54,748 nt of DNA from Promethearchaeota archaeon (GTDB lineage: Archaea; Asgardarchaeota; Lokiarchaeia; Sigyniarchaeales; SOKP01), in NCBI GenBank assembly GCA_016840085.1, contig JAEOTA010000072.1:1-54748 (forward strand), read 5' to 3'. The notes under the pieces were generated by a model that saw only the letters and a program-made list of their open reading frames with translations, was not told the origin of the DNA and did not search any database. Positions 28,143-38,326 of the stretch are shown here, piece by piece (position 1 is the first letter of the stretch; every line of letters starts with the position of its first letter). Position numbers and translations under genes: made by a program.

Positions 28143-28427
28143 TTATTTCTTAATTAAATTATTGATTTCATCTAATTTATTATAAACTTCTAAGCCCTTT
28201 TCGGTTAATTTAATGTATCTGACTTTATTGGTGTTTTCTATGTCTATTAAGCCCTTTTTTATGAGTTCATCCTTAACGCGAAAGAAAGAGTTGTAATAGC
28301 TGAACTTATTAAGTTCATTATAGAAAGTATGTTTATCAGTTTTGTAATCCTTCTGATTAATCAACACATGAAAGGTATCCTTAAATCCTTTCTTCTTTAA
28401 CAAGCCTATTAAATCCTTAAAAATCAT
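28143..28427 (-). CDS. Small winged-helix DNA-binding protein
   Basis: ELIKKGLI...YIKLTEKG wing motif. Confidence 0.8.
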   Translation of the reverse strand: MIFKDLIGLLKKKGFKDTFHVLINQKDYKTDKHTFYNELNKFSYYNSFFRVKDELIKKGLIDIENTNKVRYIKLTEKGLEVYNKLDEINNLIKK

Positions 28428-28751
28428 ATTCTATACCTAATTAAAATGATAATTAATGTTATACTTAATTGTAATTGAAAATTAAATTTACTTAAAAAAC
28501 CTTATGATGATAAAAAATTAAAAAATTTTTCATAAAGAACTTCATTTTCTCTAATTTGATTTTAAAAAAATTCAGATCTAATACTTAAACGTTGAACAAA
28601 TTTCAAGTATAGGATTTATAACCTTAAATACTCTATCCTTGTTTGTGTCACGTGGGAAAAATGTGGGTAAAGTTTAAATATGAGATAGTATATATAATTA
28701 ATCAAAAAAGATTTAGAAAATTAAAAAATGTTTAGGAGTGATGCAAAAAGT

Positions 28752-28907
28752 TTGAACAAAGAATTAAGAACGGTTATTTTGGGTGTAAATCCTGAGAATC
28801 AAGATAGGATAATTAATAAAATACCCTCTAATCAAACAACAGAATTTTATGAGATCAAAGAGCAGATTCTACTTAGCTATTTTGACATTCTTAAAGAAAA
28901 GGGATAA
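28752..28907 (+). CDS. Unannotated 51-aa small protein
   Basis: TTTAAATA box near 28673, AGGAGTGA SD-like motif, TTG start, MNKELRTVILGV..DILKEKG*, T-rich tract downstream. Confidence 0.55.
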   Translation: MNKELRTVILGVNPENQDRIINKIPSNQTTEFYEIKEQILLSYFDILKEKG

Positions 28908-29014
28908 ATTGAGAATCCATCTTTAATAAAAAATAAATAAATCTTTTTTACTTTTCTATATTTTTTCTATTTGCTATTTTATGATTATTAATTCAATAAG
29001 CTTGAATTGAATAA

Positions 29015-29914
29015 ATGATAATCGAGTCAGATATTGTTATTCTTGGGCATTTAGCCGTTGATATAATTGAAGTAGATGGAAAAAGCTATACTTCATTAGG
29101 GGGAGCTGTTTTTTACGGTGGAATTGCTGGTTCTCATATGGGGTTAAAAGTCACGGTTATTACACGATTAAAGAAAGAGGATTATTCACTTTTAGAAGTG
29201 TTTAAAAAAAAGGGAATAACATACTACGCGCATCCCTCAGGGGAAACATCAGGTTTAAGAAATATTTATTCATCTACAAATATGGAGTTTAGAGATTATA
29301 AACCTCTTGGATTTGCGGGTTTATTTACTAAGGAAGAAATCCCAGACTCACTCAAGACAAAAATCTTTGTTATAGGCCCAATTATGGCTGGTGAAGTCGA
29401 CTTAGATTTATTACAATTTCTTAAAAAGGAGTATCCGAAAGTTTTATGCCTCGATGTCCAAGGGTTTATAAGATTTAGAGATAAAAATAAAGTTTCTTAC
29501 TCTCGATTATCTGTTAAAGAAAAGAAAGAGATCATTTCAGATATTAATGTATTAAAGCTAGATCAAACTGAAGCTGAAATTCTGACAGAACAAAAAATTG
29601 TTAGAAAGGCAGCCAACGATTTGCTTACATTTGGACCTAAGGAAATTCTTATCACTCATGAGAAAGGAATTAGTGTTTTTACGTCTAACGCTTCTTTTCA
29701 TTTTCCGTGGAGAAATAAGAATAATAACGGTCGAACTGGTAGGGGAGACACCGCTTTTATTAGTTATTTAGGTTCCCGGTTAACTAAGAATCTCGAAGAA
29801 TCTTTGAAGTTTGCAGCTGCGCTCACATCGTTAAAATTAGAAACTCCGGGTCCATTTAATTTACCATTATATCAGGTTGAAAGTTTAATTAAAAGGGAGT
29901 ACGATATAAAATGA
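29015..29914 (+). CDS. PfkB/ribokinase-family kinase
   Basis: LGGAVFY, LDVQG, LKLDQTEA, RTGRGDT. Confidence 0.9.
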   Translation: MIIESDIVILGHLAVDIIEVDGKSYTSLGGAVFYGGIAGSHMGLKVTVITRLKKEDYSLLEVFKKKGITYYAHPSGETSGLRNIYSSTNMEFRDYKPLGFAGLFTKEEIPDSLKTKIFVIGPIMAGEVDLDLLQFLKKEYPKVLCLDVQGFIRFRDKNKVSYSRLSVKEKKEIISDINVLKLDQTEAEILTEQKIVRKAANDLLTFGPKEILITHEKGISVFTSNASFHFPWRNKNNNGRTGRGDTAFISYLGSRLTKNLEESLKFAAALTSLKLETPGPFNLPLYQVESLIKREYDIK

Positions 29915-30657
29915 AAATTGGGGGCTTAATTGACATTTCTACTAAAGATATACCTCATAAATCAGCTATGGTTATCTTTACTGTCGGTTGTAATTTTAAA
30001 TGTGATTATTGTCATAATAAATATTTATTACAACCTAATGTTGGAAGAGAGTATGAAATTACGGAGCTAATGCAAACAATAAGAACTAATGTATTAGTAA
30101 ATGGAATAAGCATAAGTGGAGGGGAACCTACTTTACAACCGGATTTGTTAGAATTATGTAAAGAAATCAATACTATAGGAAAATATATTAGCATCGATAC
30201 AAATGGTTCGAATCCTGAAGTCATAAAGAAAATTGCTCCATATATCAATAGAGTTGCGTTAGATCTAAAAGGTCCAATTGATTCAGAAAAGCTTAAGAAA
30301 ATCACAGGAGTTAACGTAAATATTGATAGAATTGCTCAAACTATTGAATTTGTTAATAGTCAAGATGATATAGGTTTTGAAATTAGAACTACATTTGTAG
30401 TAAATTTACACAAACCTGAAGACATTAATGAAATCATTGATTTCCTTAAACGATCAGAATTTAGGGGTAATTTTGTCCTTCAACAGTATCAATTTTTAGA
30501 GGGTGTTGGAGAAGAGTTCAAAAGAGTATTTTCAAAGCCAGAACACGATGTTCTACTTAATCTTTTGAAACCTTACAAAGATGAAAAATTTCCCTTTAAA
30601 ATTTATTTGAGAGATGAAATTGTAGGATATTGTAGTATCGATGAATTGTCAGTTTAA
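29911..30657 (+). CDS. Glycyl-radical activating radical SAM enzyme (NrdG/PflA-like)
   Basis: GCNFKCDYCHN, SGGEP, DTNG, DLKG, EIRTT. Confidence 0.9.
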   Translation: MKIGGLIDISTKDIPHKSAMVIFTVGCNFKCDYCHNKYLLQPNVGREYEITELMQTIRTNVLVNGISISGGEPTLQPDLLELCKEINTIGKYISIDTNGSNPEVIKKIAPYINRVALDLKGPIDSEKLKKITGVNVNIDRIAQTIEFVNSQDDIGFEIRTTFVVNLHKPEDINEIIDFLKRSEFRGNFVLQQYQFLEGVGEEFKRVFSKPEHDVLLNLLKPYKDEKFPFKIYLRDEIVGYCSIDELSV

Positions 30658-30685
30658 ATAAAAGTGAGATATTTTGCAGTAATTT

Positions 30686-32020
30686 TTAATTTCGTGTTTT
30701 TCCCAATGATTTTGTGTCAATTTTTGATTTCATAACGTAGAAAACTCCAATTCCACAGAATATTATGATTATCTGAATAAGAACTATAAGCCAATCAAAA
30801 GTAAATAATAAACCAATACATATGATTGACCCTAATAGAGCGATTAGGGGAAACCCTTTAATACTTGGTTTTAATTCAAAAGGTCTTTCAATATCTGGTT
30901 TCGATTTTCGTAAAGCTATTAAGCTTATATTAACCAAGAAAAAGTTAATGAGAACACCAAAGACAGTGGCATGAGCAACTATTGAAATATCACCAAAAAA
31001 GATTGGAATTATTGTAAAACACATAGTTAATAGTACAGCAATTGTTGGAGTTCTATATTTTGAAGATATTTTGCTAAGTTTTTCGGGAAGCGCTTTATCA
31101 CGTGCCATACCATACATCATTCTAGAAGTTACAATTAACATAATGAGAACTGTATTCGCTGTCGCAAAGAGCGCTATCAACGACATAACGATACCACCAC
31201 TAGGTCCTAAAATTTCTGTAGCAACTTCATTTAACGGAGCCTCAGATGCCGCAATTTGATTAAACGGTAATATATTGACCACTGCAATGGCAGTAAAACA
31301 GTAAAGAATAGTGGTAATTATAATTGAATAAATAATTGCTTTAGGTAAGTTTTTATGAGGTTCTTTTACTTCTTCAGCAATATTAGCTATATCCTCAAAA
31401 CCGATATAAGCGAAGAATATCAATGCAACTGCGGAAAATATAGCTCCAATTGATGACCCTGTTGGTAGAACGAAATAATTCGGGTCCTGTTGTCCAAAAA
31501 AACCAATTATTATTATTATTATTAAACCTGAAGCTTCAATCAATGTAAATATTATATTAGTACGGGTAGATGTCTTAATTCCAATAAAATTTACTATACT
31601 GAGAATTAATACAAGAAATATAGCGAAAATAATATTTAGTAATATTGAGGGTATGCCAAATAAATTAGAAAGATATCCACCAAAAGCCAAAGCAACAGTC
31701 GAAGCGGATAAAATACCTGAAAAGATAATTATCCATCCTAAAATGAACGACAGAATCCGTATTCTAAATGCTTCTTCAGTATAAACAAACTCAGCAGCAC
31801 TTCTAGGATACATTGCAGAAAGTTCTGCATATGATAGCCCTGTCAATGCCCCAGTAATAGATGCTAATATAAATGCAAGCCATGAGATATTCCCCGTAAT
31901 TCCCACAACTTCTCCTATTAACGCATAAATTCCAGCACCTAATACATTTCCTACCCCATAGACAGTTAGTGCAAATAGAGAAACTCTTCTTTTTAGTTTA
32001 GGTTTTTTAATTTCTTCCAT
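30686..32020 (-). CDS. APC-family amino acid permease
   Basis: GAGIY, SYAELS, FFAYIGFE, EE.K.P.KNLP, SRMMYGMARD. Confidence 0.95.
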   Translation of the reverse strand: MEEIKKPKLKRRVSLFALTVYGVGNVLGAGIYALIGEVVGITGNISWLAFILASITGALTGLSYAELSAMYPRSAAEFVYTEEAFRIRILSFILGWIIIFSGILSASTVALAFGGYLSNLFGIPSILLNIIFAIFLVLILSIVNFIGIKTSTRTNIIFTLIEASGLIIIIIIGFFGQQDPNYFVLPTGSSIGAIFSAVALIFFAYIGFEDIANIAEEVKEPHKNLPKAIIYSIIITTILYCFTAIAVVNILPFNQIAASEAPLNEVATEILGPSGGIVMSLIALFATANTVLIMLIVTSRMMYGMARDKALPEKLSKISSKYRTPTIAVLLTMCFTIIPIFFGDISIVAHATVFGVLINFFLVNISLIALRKSKPDIERPFELKPSIKGFPLIALLGSIICIGLLFTFDWLIVLIQIIIIFCGIGVFYVMKSKIDTKSLGKTRN

Positions 32021-32131
32021 TATTGCTCCCTTTATAAAGATGTATTATTATTATATTTTCAATTTTATAAATACAATAGTTACTGAAAACAAGTTATTTA
32101 GATTTAAATAAAAGGATATTCATACTTACTT

Positions 32132-32450
32132 TTATTTTTCAGGTCTTGCTATACACAGTTGTTGTGTATGTTTATGTTTTTTTACGTGGTGTAATCTGGT
32201 CTCTCTTCTTTTCTTTGCGTCTTCAAATCGACGTTTTACCTCTTTAGTTTCTAAAATAAGTTTTGGAACTGAAGTTGGTTTGTCATTTTCATCTAAAGCA
32301 TCAAAGGTTAAATAAGCAGACCCAACATGAGTATGAGTTCCTGTTCTTAGACATTCTGCTTCGATTCTTACTCCAATTTCCATTGATGTATTTGAGATGT
32401 AATTGCAAGAAGCTTTAGCAAACACAAGATTTCCAATGAATACTGGAGAT
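32132..32450 (-). pseudogene. Acyl-CoA thioesterase (hotdog fold), 5'-truncated
   Basis: SPVFIGNLVFAKAS.NY...TSMEIGVRIEAE..YLTF.ALDE..KP; N-terminal helix region absent. Confidence 0.8.
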
Positions 32451-33047
32451 ATAATATTCGCACTATTCAACAAATCACTCCTTTATGGATATTTTATTTT
32501 TTTCCCAATATTATCCGCAATTATTATGTTATTCATTCCAAGTGAGTTGCATTCTAATTGGAAGGAAGAATGGAAAAATTGGGTTAAAAATGATTCAATC
32601 TCCTTTTTATATTCGCTTTCAATAATAATTATTCCTGTAGTTTCTTTCTTAGTATTATACAATTTAATTACTGAATTAACGATGAGTTTTACAATTCCTA
32701 TATTCAGTTTCTCTTCTTTACCTTACATAGTTCTTGGACTAGGTTCTGGAATTATGGATTATTTATATTTAAGAGAAATGAAGGGGCATCATGCTATGAT
32801 TCTAATGATACTTCGACCTATTTCAATTTTAATATTCCTAGCATTTGTAACTCTTCCCCCTTTCCCTATCTTAGGGGGAATTTTTGCTCATGTTTTATTT
32901 ATAATCTTAACTGGAGTTATCCTTTATTATATTCGGAGCTTAGTAATGCTTTTATCAAAAATTTATAAAAATAGTTCTTCTCTCTACTTCTTAATAATGC
33001 TACCATTTGTGATCTTTTATATGCGAGTATTTTTTAGAATTATTTAA
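32450..33047 (+). pseudogene. Multi-pass membrane protein, probably 5'-truncated
   Basis: About 6 hydrophobic segments; the 5' end abuts the truncated thioesterase head-to-head with no room for a promoter. Confidence 0.5.
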
Positions 33048-33097
33048 TTTATATAATTGGAAAAATAAGCTTAGCTAATTTTAGATTGATTTACTAA

Positions 33098-35512
33098 ATG
33101 TTGAGAAAAAATTTGATTTCAGATAAAAATCTTAGAAGACCCTTGAGATTAAAAAATAATCTCTTGTCCAGTAAATATGAATTATGCATTGAGCGTATGA
33201 AGTACTTCACAGAAGTTTATAAAAAATTTCCCAATGATCCTGAAATTATAAAGAGAGCTAAAGCAATAGCTCATACTTTAAGAAATATGACCATTTTTAT
33301 TAGAGAAGATGAATTATTAGTTGGAAATGAAACGAGTAAAAATCTTGGTGAAAAGATTAATCTTGACTTATATCGTTATGATGGAACCCTTGATAAACGA
33401 AGTAGTATTCAAAAATATGGAAAAAGGAAATTACAACCCTTTTTTATGGAAGAAAATGAGATTAATGAATTATTAGAGATTATTCCTTTTTGGAAAGGAA
33501 AAGCATTATATAGTGATATTATCTCACAGAAACTCTATAATGAAAAGTTAATCACGGGATTAGATAGAATTGGAACTGCAGCACCTAATATTGCTATAGT
33601 AAATGGGACTAATGAAGGACATATTTGTGTAGGATATGAAAAGCTGCTAAAAAAAGGGTATATAGGAATTATTAAGGAAGCAGAATCATATCAATCAAAA
33701 TTAAGTAAAGATGATTATTATTATCAAGATAAATTTAATTTCTATGAATCTATAAAAATTTGCTTTCATGCAGCTATACAATTTTCAAGGAGATATTTTG
33801 AACTTGCTTATAAAATGGCTTTAAATGAAAAAAGTGAACAAAGAAAGAAAGAACTTGAAAATATTGGAGCCATAATGGAAAAGTTTACCAAAGGAACTGC
33901 GGATTCATTCTTTGAAGCTGTTCAACTGATACATTTTACTCAAAACATTATAAATATAATTTACCAAAGAAGTGTTGTTGCTCTAGGTAGGTTGGATCAA
34001 ATTCTATGGCCATATTATAAAAAAGATTTAGAAGAAAATAAAATTACTAGAGAATTTGCTTTGGTACTGATTGAAGAACTAAATCTAAAGTTAACTTGGA
34101 ATGTAACATTATTACCAACAGATTATACTACAATAGCAAATGCACTTGGGCAAAATACGCAAACGATAACTATTTCAGGTGTAGATAAAGAAGGAAATGA
34201 TGCTACAAATGAAGTTTCATATTTATTTCTTGAAGCATATAAGAATATTAAAGCATTAACCACAGATCTCTCTATAAGAGTTCATAAAAATACTCCAGAC
34301 ACATTCTTAAAAGAAGTATTAAAGATTTTTCGATTCACATCTGGAATCGCCTTTTATAATGATGATATAATTATTCCTGCTATGATTAAATCTGGATACT
34401 CTAAAGAGGATGCAAATAACTATGCAATAATAGGATGTGTAGAACCTACGAGTCAAGGAAATGCATTCGCCGCAACAGGTCGAATGTTTATAAATTTACC
34501 TGGTATTCTAGAACTTACTTTAAATAATGGATATTGTAATTTGACAAAGCAAAAAAGTGGGTTTGAAACAGGAGATCCTATTAACTTTTTGACTTTTGAG
34601 GAGTTGTACAAAGCTTTTATACATCAATTACGCTATAATATTGAAAAAGCTGTAAAAATTGTCAGAATTGGAGATCAAGAAACAATTAATTATTTCCCCC
34701 AACCATTTGTTTCTGCTATTATCGAAGGGTGTATGGAAAGTGGTAAGGATTATACTGCTGTTGGAGCACTTTACAATTTTTCATCTATTACAGCATATGG
34801 GTTTGCAACGTTGGTTGATTCATTATATAATATTAAAAAAATAGTCTATGAAGAGAAATTCATGACACTTCCCGAGTTAATTCAAATTTTGAAATCTAAT
34901 TTTAGGGGAGAAGAAAAATTTAGACAGAAATTAATAAATAAATATAATAAATGGGGAAATGATAAAGAGGATATTGATCAATTTGCAAAAGAGCTGTGGG
35001 ATTTATACTGTTCTGAAGTAGTTAAACATAAATGTGTAAGAAATGGCCGCTTTAATCCAGGAGCGTATTCCATGGGAGTGCATGTAATTGAAGGACTTTT
35101 TACAAGAGCTTCTGCTGATGGTAGAAAAGATACACAATCATTATCAAACAGTTTATCCCCTGTAAACAAAATGGAGAAAAATGGTCTTACTGCTACATTA
35201 AATTCAATTGCAAAATTAAATTACGATCTAACTACAAATGGAGTAGCTGTAAATATAAGGATACATCCACAAAATATTGAAAGAAGTGAGAATTTAGATA
35301 AATTTTATCACCTTTTAAAAAGTTATTTTAAGTCAGGAGGGATGCAAATACAACCTACTGTCGTTTCAACTGAAACACTTAGAGATGCTCAAAAACATCC
35401 CGAAAAATATCCCGATTTAATAGTAAAAGTTGGAGGATATAATGCTACTTTTGTCGATCTTGGTACTCCAATTCAAAATGATATTATTGATAGACTAGTA
35501 CATAATTTTTGA
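33098..35512 (+). CDS. Glycyl radical enzyme (PFL2/dehydratase-like class)
   Basis: ELLVG, LGRLDQ.L.PYY, Cys loop IIGCVEP, Gly loop DLIVKVGGY. Confidence 0.93.
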   Translation: MLRKNLISDKNLRRPLRLKNNLLSSKYELCIERMKYFTEVYKKFPNDPEIIKRAKAIAHTLRNMTIFIREDELLVGNETSKNLGEKINLDLYRYDGTLDKRSSIQKYGKRKLQPFFMEENEINELLEIIPFWKGKALYSDIISQKLYNEKLITGLDRIGTAAPNIAIVNGTNEGHICVGYEKLLKKGYIGIIKEAESYQSKLSKDDYYYQDKFNFYESIKICFHAAIQFSRRYFELAYKMALNEKSEQRKKELENIGAIMEKFTKGTADSFFEAVQLIHFTQNIINIIYQRSVVALGRLDQILWPYYKKDLEENKITREFALVLIEELNLKLTWNVTLLPTDYTTIANALGQNTQTITISGVDKEGNDATNEVSYLFLEAYKNIKALTTDLSIRVHKNTPDTFLKEVLKIFRFTSGIAFYNDDIIIPAMIKSGYSKEDANNYAIIGCVEPTSQGNAFAATGRMFINLPGILELTLNNGYCNLTKQKSGFETGDPINFLTFEELYKAFIHQLRYNIEKAVKIVRIGDQETINYFPQPFVSAIIEGCMESGKDYTAVGALYNFSSITAYGFATLVDSLYNIKKIVYEEKFMTLPELIQILKSNFRGEEKFRQKLINKYNKWGNDKEDIDQFAKELWDLYCSEVVKHKCVRNGRFNPGAYSMGVHVIEGLFTRASADGRKDTQSLSNSLSPVNKMEKNGLTATLNSIAKLNYDLTTNGVAVNIRIHPQNIERSENLDKFYHLLKSYFKSGGMQIQPTVVSTETLRDAQKHPEKYPDLIVKVGGYNATFVDLGTPIQNDIIDRLVHNF

Positions 35513-35586
35513 ATCATTAAAAGAGTTTAAATCTTAAAAAATCAAAATTATATTTAGTAATTTGAGTAAAATAAAATCCACTTAAA

Positions 35587-36099
35587 TTGTCAAATTGTTA
35601 TTATTGTAACGAAAGAATAATGGATATACCATACAGATGTACTTTCTGTGGTATGAAATTTTGTAGTAAACATCGATTACCTGAAAATCATGAATGCCCA
35701 TTTGATTTAAAGAAATCGTCTGAATTTGAAGATTTAATAAATAAATGGGATATACTTTATCAAGATGCACTAGATTTTATGAATAAAGAGTTAACAGTAG
35801 CTAAGATTTACGAATACTTCACTACAAAACAGATGAATAAGGAAGAAACTATAGAACTATTAAATTATATCTTAGAAAATAGTGAAAACACTGAAATTCG
35901 AAGAATAAGTATTATGGCATTCAAAGTAATGGAATTAAAGGATGATAAAGTCTTTACTACCCTTGAGAGCTGTATTCTTTCAGATGAAGATCCAATTGTA
36001 AGAAAAACGGCTGTAGAGGTAATGCAACAAATTTTTCCTAAAAAAAGTAAAGATCTTATTAGATGGGTTAATACTCATAATAAGAATTTACATGATTAA
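35587..36099 (+). CDS. AN1-type zinc finger plus HEAT-repeat protein
   Basis: CYYC..YRCTFC..FCSKHRLPENHEC; C-terminal EIRRISI..DEDPIVRKTA. Confidence 0.85.
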   Translation: MSNCYYCNERIMDIPYRCTFCGMKFCSKHRLPENHECPFDLKKSSEFEDLINKWDILYQDALDFMNKELTVAKIYEYFTTKQMNKEETIELLNYILENSENTEIRRISIMAFKVMELKDDKVFTTLESCILSDEDPIVRKTAVEVMQQIFPKKSKDLIRWVNTHNKNLHD

Positions 36100-36130
36100 A
36101 TTTAAGAACATCTTTAAAAAGTGAGTTTTA

Positions 36131-36958
36131 ATGAATATATCATATGAATTAGAATCTATCACCCCTCTAACAGTAGCTAATACTACTGGCGAAGGACGTG
36201 GTAATGCGGGAGGACTTTCTTTACGTAATTTTTGTGTTGCTATTGATAGTACAATGTATGTGAAAACGGGAGAATTACTAAGGAAGAATTTGGAAAGCCA
36301 TTTTGGTGTTCCAGTTAAATATTTAGTTGTTACTCATTACCATGGAGATCACATATTTGGATTCAAGCCCTTTAAAGATGTTTGTATCCTAAGCAGTGAA
36401 TTGACATCAAAAATAATGTTGAATAAGGAAACTAAATCTCGATATCAAGATTTTATAAAAGAATTAGCAAAAGAAGGACCAATTGGCGAAGGTATCGAAT
36501 ATATAGTTCCTACGCTTCTATTTACAGATAAATTAATTATCCAGGATGATGATTTACACATTGAGATTTACCATACAGGAGGACATACTGCCGGTAGTTC
36601 GTTTATCTCTTTTCCACATGAAAAAGTTGTTTTCGCGGGAGATTTAATTTTTGAGAATACGTTTCCTTACGCAGGAGATCCTACTTGTAACCCTGAGCTT
36701 TTAATTAAGGCATTGGAGAAAATGCAAGACATCAAAGCAGATATATATATTCCTGGACATGGTCCGATTTTAAAAGGACCAAGTGCACTAAATAGGCACA
36801 TTAAATTTTATAAAGATCTTAGGAATATTATAAAAGATGCAATAAATGACAACCTTAAAGCAGCGGACGTTTCTGTTCCAGACGTTTTCGGAGAACCTGA
36901 AGATGAGCGTAAAAATATGACCGTAAACACCTGGGTAAATTTTTATAAGAACAAGTAA
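36131..36958 (+). CDS. MBL-fold hydrolase (cyclase-like)
   Basis: THYHGDH, GHTAG, FAGDL, IPGHG. Confidence 0.92.
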   Translation: MNISYELESITPLTVANTTGEGRGNAGGLSLRNFCVAIDSTMYVKTGELLRKNLESHFGVPVKYLVVTHYHGDHIFGFKPFKDVCILSSELTSKIMLNKETKSRYQDFIKELAKEGPIGEGIEYIVPTLLFTDKLIIQDDDLHIEIYHTGGHTAGSSFISFPHEKVVFAGDLIFENTFPYAGDPTCNPELLIKALEKMQDIKADIYIPGHGPILKGPSALNRHIKFYKDLRNIIKDAINDNLKAADVSVPDVFGEPEDERKNMTVNTWVNFYKNK

Positions 36959-36972
36959 GAAAGAGAAAAAGA

Positions 36973-38262
36973 TTAAGTACTTATATTATTTATTTTTTCA
37001 TTTACTTTTTTAATCGCATCCGTATCATCGAAATCAACTTTTCTAATATTGGTAAAGATCCAAATTGAACCCGCAACAATTAAGCCTAATATTGCACTAA
37101 AGAAGAACAAATATGGGATCCCAAGAATTTCTGCTAATGGTCCGACAAGAATGGTTCCGATTGGAGCTGTTGATATAGTTAAAGTAGATGTAATAGACAT
37201 CACCCGCCCCATTTTATCTGGTGGCACTGTTGTCTGTATAAATGTCGTAATTAACGAACTTGTAATTGGAAATGTTAAACCCATTATTATTGCACCTATA
37301 CTTATTATGATATATGAACCTTTCGGTGCGAGGGCGAGTATAATATATCCTATCATTCCAATCGCAAGATTACTAAAAACTACTCTAATTTTATGAGGCC
37401 ATTTCTTTTTAACAAAAGTAATTAAGGCCCCTAATACCATTCCACCTTGAAAAAATGTTAAAGTTAAAGCATAATGTCCAGCTAGACCACCATGAACACC
37501 ATATACATAAAGTGACATTAAAACCTTTAAGGGCATCATTAAAAGATTGACAAGCATATACATTATTATGATTATTACGAGCCCAGGAATTAATTTTAGG
37601 GTTTTAATACCTAAAATAAATTCTTTGAAGAATGAGCTTTTTCCCTCCGCTTTGATATTTGTTTTTGGTTTGCTTTTTACTGAAGGTATTTTAATTATTA
37701 TCAATGGTATTAATGCGATTAAAAAAGTAACAATATCTACCCAAAGAATTATTTGAATTGGAAAAATTAGCCAAAGAATTGCAGCTACTAACTGAGCAAA
37801 AATTTGGATTACTCCTACAAAGAAAAAACTAATTGAATTAATCCGGATTAACTTATCTAAAGGAACCATAGTAGGAGTAATCGCAGCTACCGTAGGCATG
37901 TGAAAAGCTTGAAATATGCTACGAACGCTCATAAATATCAGTACAGTAATAATTGTCATAAGATCAAACTGAAATAATATAGTTCCTATAAGCGTCACAA
38001 CAGCCTGTAATGAATCAACAACAACAATGAGGATTTTGCGATTGAATTTATCTGAAAATACTCCCGCAATGGGCATACAGACAGTCGACGCAAGGATTGT
38101 CAAAAAAGATGCAATCGCAAGAATCATAGCACTTCCAGTTTCGATTGTTATCCACCATATTAAGACAAAATAGACAATTGTAGAGCCAAAAAGAGAACAT
38201 AATTGTCCTCCCCAAAAAAAGAGGAATTGTCTATATGTTGACTTAGTTGAAGTTCTTTCCAG
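36973..38262 (-). CDS. MFS transporter (MefA/DHA3-like), probable CTG start
   Basis: Frame extends 45 codons beyond the tracked ORF to CTG GAA AGA..FFWGGQL; TTAGGGGA upstream as in paralogs. Confidence 0.85.
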   Translation of the reverse strand: MERTSTKSTYRQFLFFWGGQLCSLFGSTIVYFVLIWWITIETGSAMILAIASFLTILASTVCMPIAGVFSDKFNRKILIVVVDSLQAVVTLIGTILFQFDLMTIITVLIFMSVRSIFQAFHMPTVAAITPTMVPLDKLIRINSISFFFVGVIQIFAQLVAAILWLIFPIQIILWVDIVTFLIALIPLIIIKIPSVKSKPKTNIKAEGKSSFFKEFILGIKTLKLIPGLVIIIIMYMLVNLLMMPLKVLMSLYVYGVHGGLAGHYALTLTFFQGGMVLGALITFVKKKWPHKIRVVFSNLAIGMIGYIILALAPKGSYIIISIGAIIMGLTFPITSSLITTFIQTTVPPDKMGRVMSITSTLTISTAPIGTILVGPLAEILGIPYLFFFSAILGLIVAGSIWIFTNIRKVDFDDTDAIKKVNEKINNIST

Positions 38263-38326
38263 TTTTAATCCCCTAATATTAAATTAATACTAATGATTCC
38301 TAAAATCTATTACATAAAAAGAAGTT

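Noticed and set aside
29911-30657. Class III ribonucleotide reductase operon
   Set aside because: No nrdD here; the nearby GRE has PFL2-type rather than NrdD motifs
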